This document shows, one piece after another, positions 62,001 through 64,000 of a stretch of DNA of 64,000 nt. A model generated the notes under the pieces. The model saw only the letters and a program-made list of their open reading frames with translations. It did not search any database and had not been told where the DNA came from. The DNA is from Macrostomum lignano (taxonomy: Eukaryota), in the NCBI GenBank assembly GCA_002269645.1, contig NIVC01000244.1, positions 204,484 through 268,483 on the forward strand. The letters are read 5' to 3'. How positions within the stretch are numbered: the first letter of the stretch is position 1; the number at the start of each line of letters is the position of its first letter. The position numbers and the translations under genes were made by a program.

Positions 62001-63780
62001 CGGGTCCGAGCTGCCGGCTTTGTTCACCGCGATCACCCGGAACTCGTACTCCTGGCCCTCTTTCAGGCCTTCGACTTTTGCTTTCAGATCTTTCGGACCA
62101 ACCTCCTTGGCAACGGTCCAAGTGGTTGATGTCTTGCTGCGACTCTCAATCACATATTTTAACACTGGCGAACCGTTGTCGTTCTTTGGAGCAGTCCAAT
62201 CCAGCTCGGCAAAGTTCTTGTCCCAGTCCAGCAGTTTGCACGGACCGGGAGGATCTGGCGGATCCCAGGGATCTCGAGCTAAGGTGGCTTTCGTGGTCTC
62301 CAACCAGTCCGAGTGACCCTCTGCGTTAACCGCCCTCACACGAAACTTGTACTTGTTGCCCTCCACTAGACCCGTCACCCGGCACTCCTCTTTTTTCACA
62401 GACTTAAACGGCTTCCACTGTCCATCGGCAACGTCCATGAGCTCGACATCGTATGCAGTGATTGGCGAGCCGCCATCGTCTTCTGGCGGGTCCCACATCA
62501 GGGTGCAGCCGTCGTGAGCCAGCTCCATTACGTCCAGTGGCTCACCTGGCTTATCTGGACGATCTAGTACCTCGAATTCGAATGGCACGTACTCCTCGCC
62601 GGCACTGTTGAACAGCTTCAGCTGGTACTTGCCCCGATCTGCTCTTGTCGCGCCCCGTGCGTCGTCCAGCACCAGTTGCACCTGGCCGGGACCGGGGATG
62701 GCTTTTAGCTGCACCGTCTCCGGCACAGGTTCACCGTTGCGGATCAAGGCGACATTCGGTATGGGAAAGCCCTTGACCGGGATGGAGCAAGAGAACGGCT
62801 GGCCCTTCTTGACGCGCATCATCTGGGCCAGCTTGCCGGCCAGACAGGGCGGCTTCTCGCATTCCTCAACCTGCATATTGCACTTGCAGCCGTGTTTGCC
62901 AACCTTGACCGAGTACTCGGCCTCGTCATCCAGTTCGAGACTGTTGAATATTAGATAGTAATCGTCTTTGTTCTGTTTGACCTCGATCCGCTCGTTCGGT
63001 TGAATTGGTTCGCCGTTCTTGAACCAATATACCTCGTGCTGCTTTGGATTGCGCAACGACACCATGAGCTCCTTTTTGCGCAGCTCGATGCCCTTAGTGT
63101 CGTATAGGCTCTTCTTGAACTCGACGTCGGCTATGAAGGACGAATTAAGCGGAGGCAATTGTGTTAATAGGTTTCATACCAAGGAATATTTGATTATAGT
63201 AAATGGCTCACGTTTTACGGTCAATTTTGCTACTGTAGTCTTCTTCGCTGTGCGACAGATAATTACGCCATGCCAGTCCATGTCCAGATTGAAGACTGTC
63301 AGCTTTCGCTTGGTCCTCTGAAGAGACTCCATCTTGTACTGTGTCTCATCCTTCTCTTCCAGTTTCTGAATAAATTTCGGGGCGTTAATTTAATCAATAA
63401 TGCATCCTGTAAACAGTCCCTAAACTAGTAGAAAAGGCTATGAAATTTTTAAGATACGAGTACACCAGGTAGCAATGCTGGTCTCACCTGCAGCTTGGAT
63501 ACGTCCATCGGATTTACATCCGGGTTTGAGCAGAAGAACCACTTCACCACAGCGTCCTTCTCGTTCACTTCGCATTCGAATACCACCTCTTTGTCACCTT
63601 CGAAACATTCTTGAGGCCGAAGGTTGCGGTTGAAAAACCAATTAGGATCATCCACGATGATGTCAGTGTAGGTCTCGTCGCCCTCCACCAAGCAGGCGAA
63701 CTCAGTCTCGTCTTCGTCGCGAGCTTTGACTATGCGAAGGATGCAGCGATTCTCGCGTCGCTTCATCTCGTATCGATTCG
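41042..63780 (-). CDS. unc-22: Twitchin/projectin (titin-family giant Ig/Fn3 kinase), 3' part; 5' end outside the window
   Basis: Exons 63780-63488, 63366-63214, 63130-57045, 55106-54977, 54551-52637, 51554-51278, 51150-51048, 50468-50236, 47467-47157, 46658-45786, 44832-44571, 41674-41484, 41056-41042 (ending ILPC*). Ig/Fn3 super-repeats; kinase GSGAFGVV, FVAKFI, HLDIKPEN, IDFGLA, TTATAEFAAPE; regulatory tail ARLADFSSLRK; then RREAVPRF and five C-terminal Ig domains. Confidence 0.97.
41088..41408. repeat. 21-bp minisatellite (last twitchin intron)
   Basis: Unit GGGTCTAGAGGTTCCAGCACC. Confidence 0.95.
41700..44485. repeat. 31-bp minisatellite, about 90 units (twitchin intron)
   Basis: Unit AAATAGAGCTGTGTCCACAGTGTGATA(G/A)TTG; stop-free on the minus strand, giving 900-1015-aa pseudo-ORFs. 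Confidence 0.98.
45030..45765. repeat. ~45-bp dimeric (22+23) minisatellite (twitchin intron)
   Basis: Alternating GTGTCAGATAGGAGTCACTATTA and GTGTCAGATG.GGGTCATAGTT. Confidence 0.92.
46676..47000. repeat. 12-bp minisatellite (twitchin intron)
   Basis: Unit GGTTCAGCTCAG. Confidence 0.97.
47497..50092. repeat. 32-bp minisatellite, about 80 units (twitchin intron)
   Basis: Unit ATGATTTCCTAAATGTCCAGAGTTGGCTATCT. Confidence 0.98.
50520..50998. repeat. Adjacent 30-bp and 24-bp minisatellites (twitchin intron)
   Basis: AGAGACTAGTGGCTTCCCTAACAGTCATAT followed by CTTCCCACTGGTCATAGAGATTCG. Confidence 0.95.
51575..52612. repeat. Adjacent 14-bp and 15-bp minisatellites filling the intron within the kinase domain
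   Basis: TATTGGAGTGTGTC up to ~52245, then TATTGGA(A/G)CAGTGCC. Confidence 0.97.
55423..56832 (+). CDS. Nested antisense intronless gene: type-I membrane mucin-like protein with ~36 nine-residue (D/S)PTT(F/Y)PTP(P/S/A)-type repeats
   Basis: One 469-aa frame contains a signal peptide (ALLATAISVVALLIRVAQTAP), N-glycosylation sequons NVT and NIS, the repeat block, a TM helix VGAYLVPVLLAGGFIFIIVSLI and a short tail RTAINAGL*. It lies entirely within twitchin intron 57044-55107. Confidence 0.8.
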   Translation: MHSNRQQHALLATAISVVALLIRVAQTAPVTDTTWSTDTASYASSTAAPTSGNNVTMATVVTTSIGTTVSFSDSTTSDVLGTPPDPTTFPTPADTTTYPTPSDPTTFPTPPDPTTYPTPPDPTTYPTPSDPTTFPTPSDPTTYPTPSDPTTYPTPPDPTTFPTPPDPTTYPTPPDPTTFPTPPDPTTFSTPPDPTTFSTPPDPTTYPTPPDPTTFPTPSDSTTFPTPADTTTFPTPPDPTTFPTPPDPTTYPTPPDPTTYPTPSDPTTFPTPSDPTTYPTPSDPTTYPTPPDPTTFPTPPDPTTYPTPPDPTTFPTPPDPTTFSTPPDPTTFSTPPDPTTYPTPPDPTTFPTPSDSTTFPTPADTTTFPTPPDPTTFPTPPDPTTFPTPADTTTFPTPTNPTTFVTPAAENISTTLSAAEMEQKRVEVVIRNYQTASTNVGAYLVPVLLAGGFIFIIVSLIRTAINAGL

Positions 63781-63784
63781 CTGT

Positions 63785-64000
63785 GTACTGAAGTTTGATT
63801 AGATCAGAGCGAATGCGGATGCTACAGTGTGGGTTAATGTACTGAAGTTTGATTAGATCAGAGCGAATGCGGATGCTACAGTGTGGGTTAATGTACTGAA
63901 GTTTGATTAGATCAGAGCGAATGCGGATGCTACAGTGTGGGTTAATGTACTGAAGTTTGATTAGATCAGAGCGAATGTGGATGCTACTTGTGGGTTAATG
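63785..64000. repeat. 54-bp minisatellite (twitchin intron, runs off the window)
   Basis: Unit GTACTGAAGTTTGATTAGATCAGAGCGAATGCGGATGCTACAGTGTGGGTTAAT. Confidence 0.95.

Overview
Intron-containing animal DNA. GC-rich exons and introns packed with minisatellites suggest a spiralian, possibly the flatworm Macrostomum; this is inference, not shown by the sequence. In order along the window: (1) 19-12871(-), a very large secreted mucin-like gene, running off the left edge, built from at least 13 copies of a ~135-aa six-cysteine domain with discoidin/F5-8C-like ends, each followed by a Thr/Ser/Pro linker; (2) a 4-exon Cdc34/UBE2R-type E2; (3) a full-length but decayed mariner element; (4) a three-domain ALKBH8; (5) two MITEs with 8-bp TSDs, a long palindrome and a tRNA-derived CORE-like SINE; (6) a MARCH1/8-type RING-CH E3 ligase; (7) a CD225/dispanin-like gene; (8) 41042-63780(-), the 3' part of a twitchin/projectin giant kinase. 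Almost every post-kinase twitchin intron is filled by a different minisatellite, and one intron holds an antisense, intronless ORF for a type-I membrane protein with 9-aa Thr/Pro repeats. Most of the longest ORFs in the track are artefacts of stop-free satellites. Several 1-nt frameshifts in otherwise intact exons suggest assembly indels.
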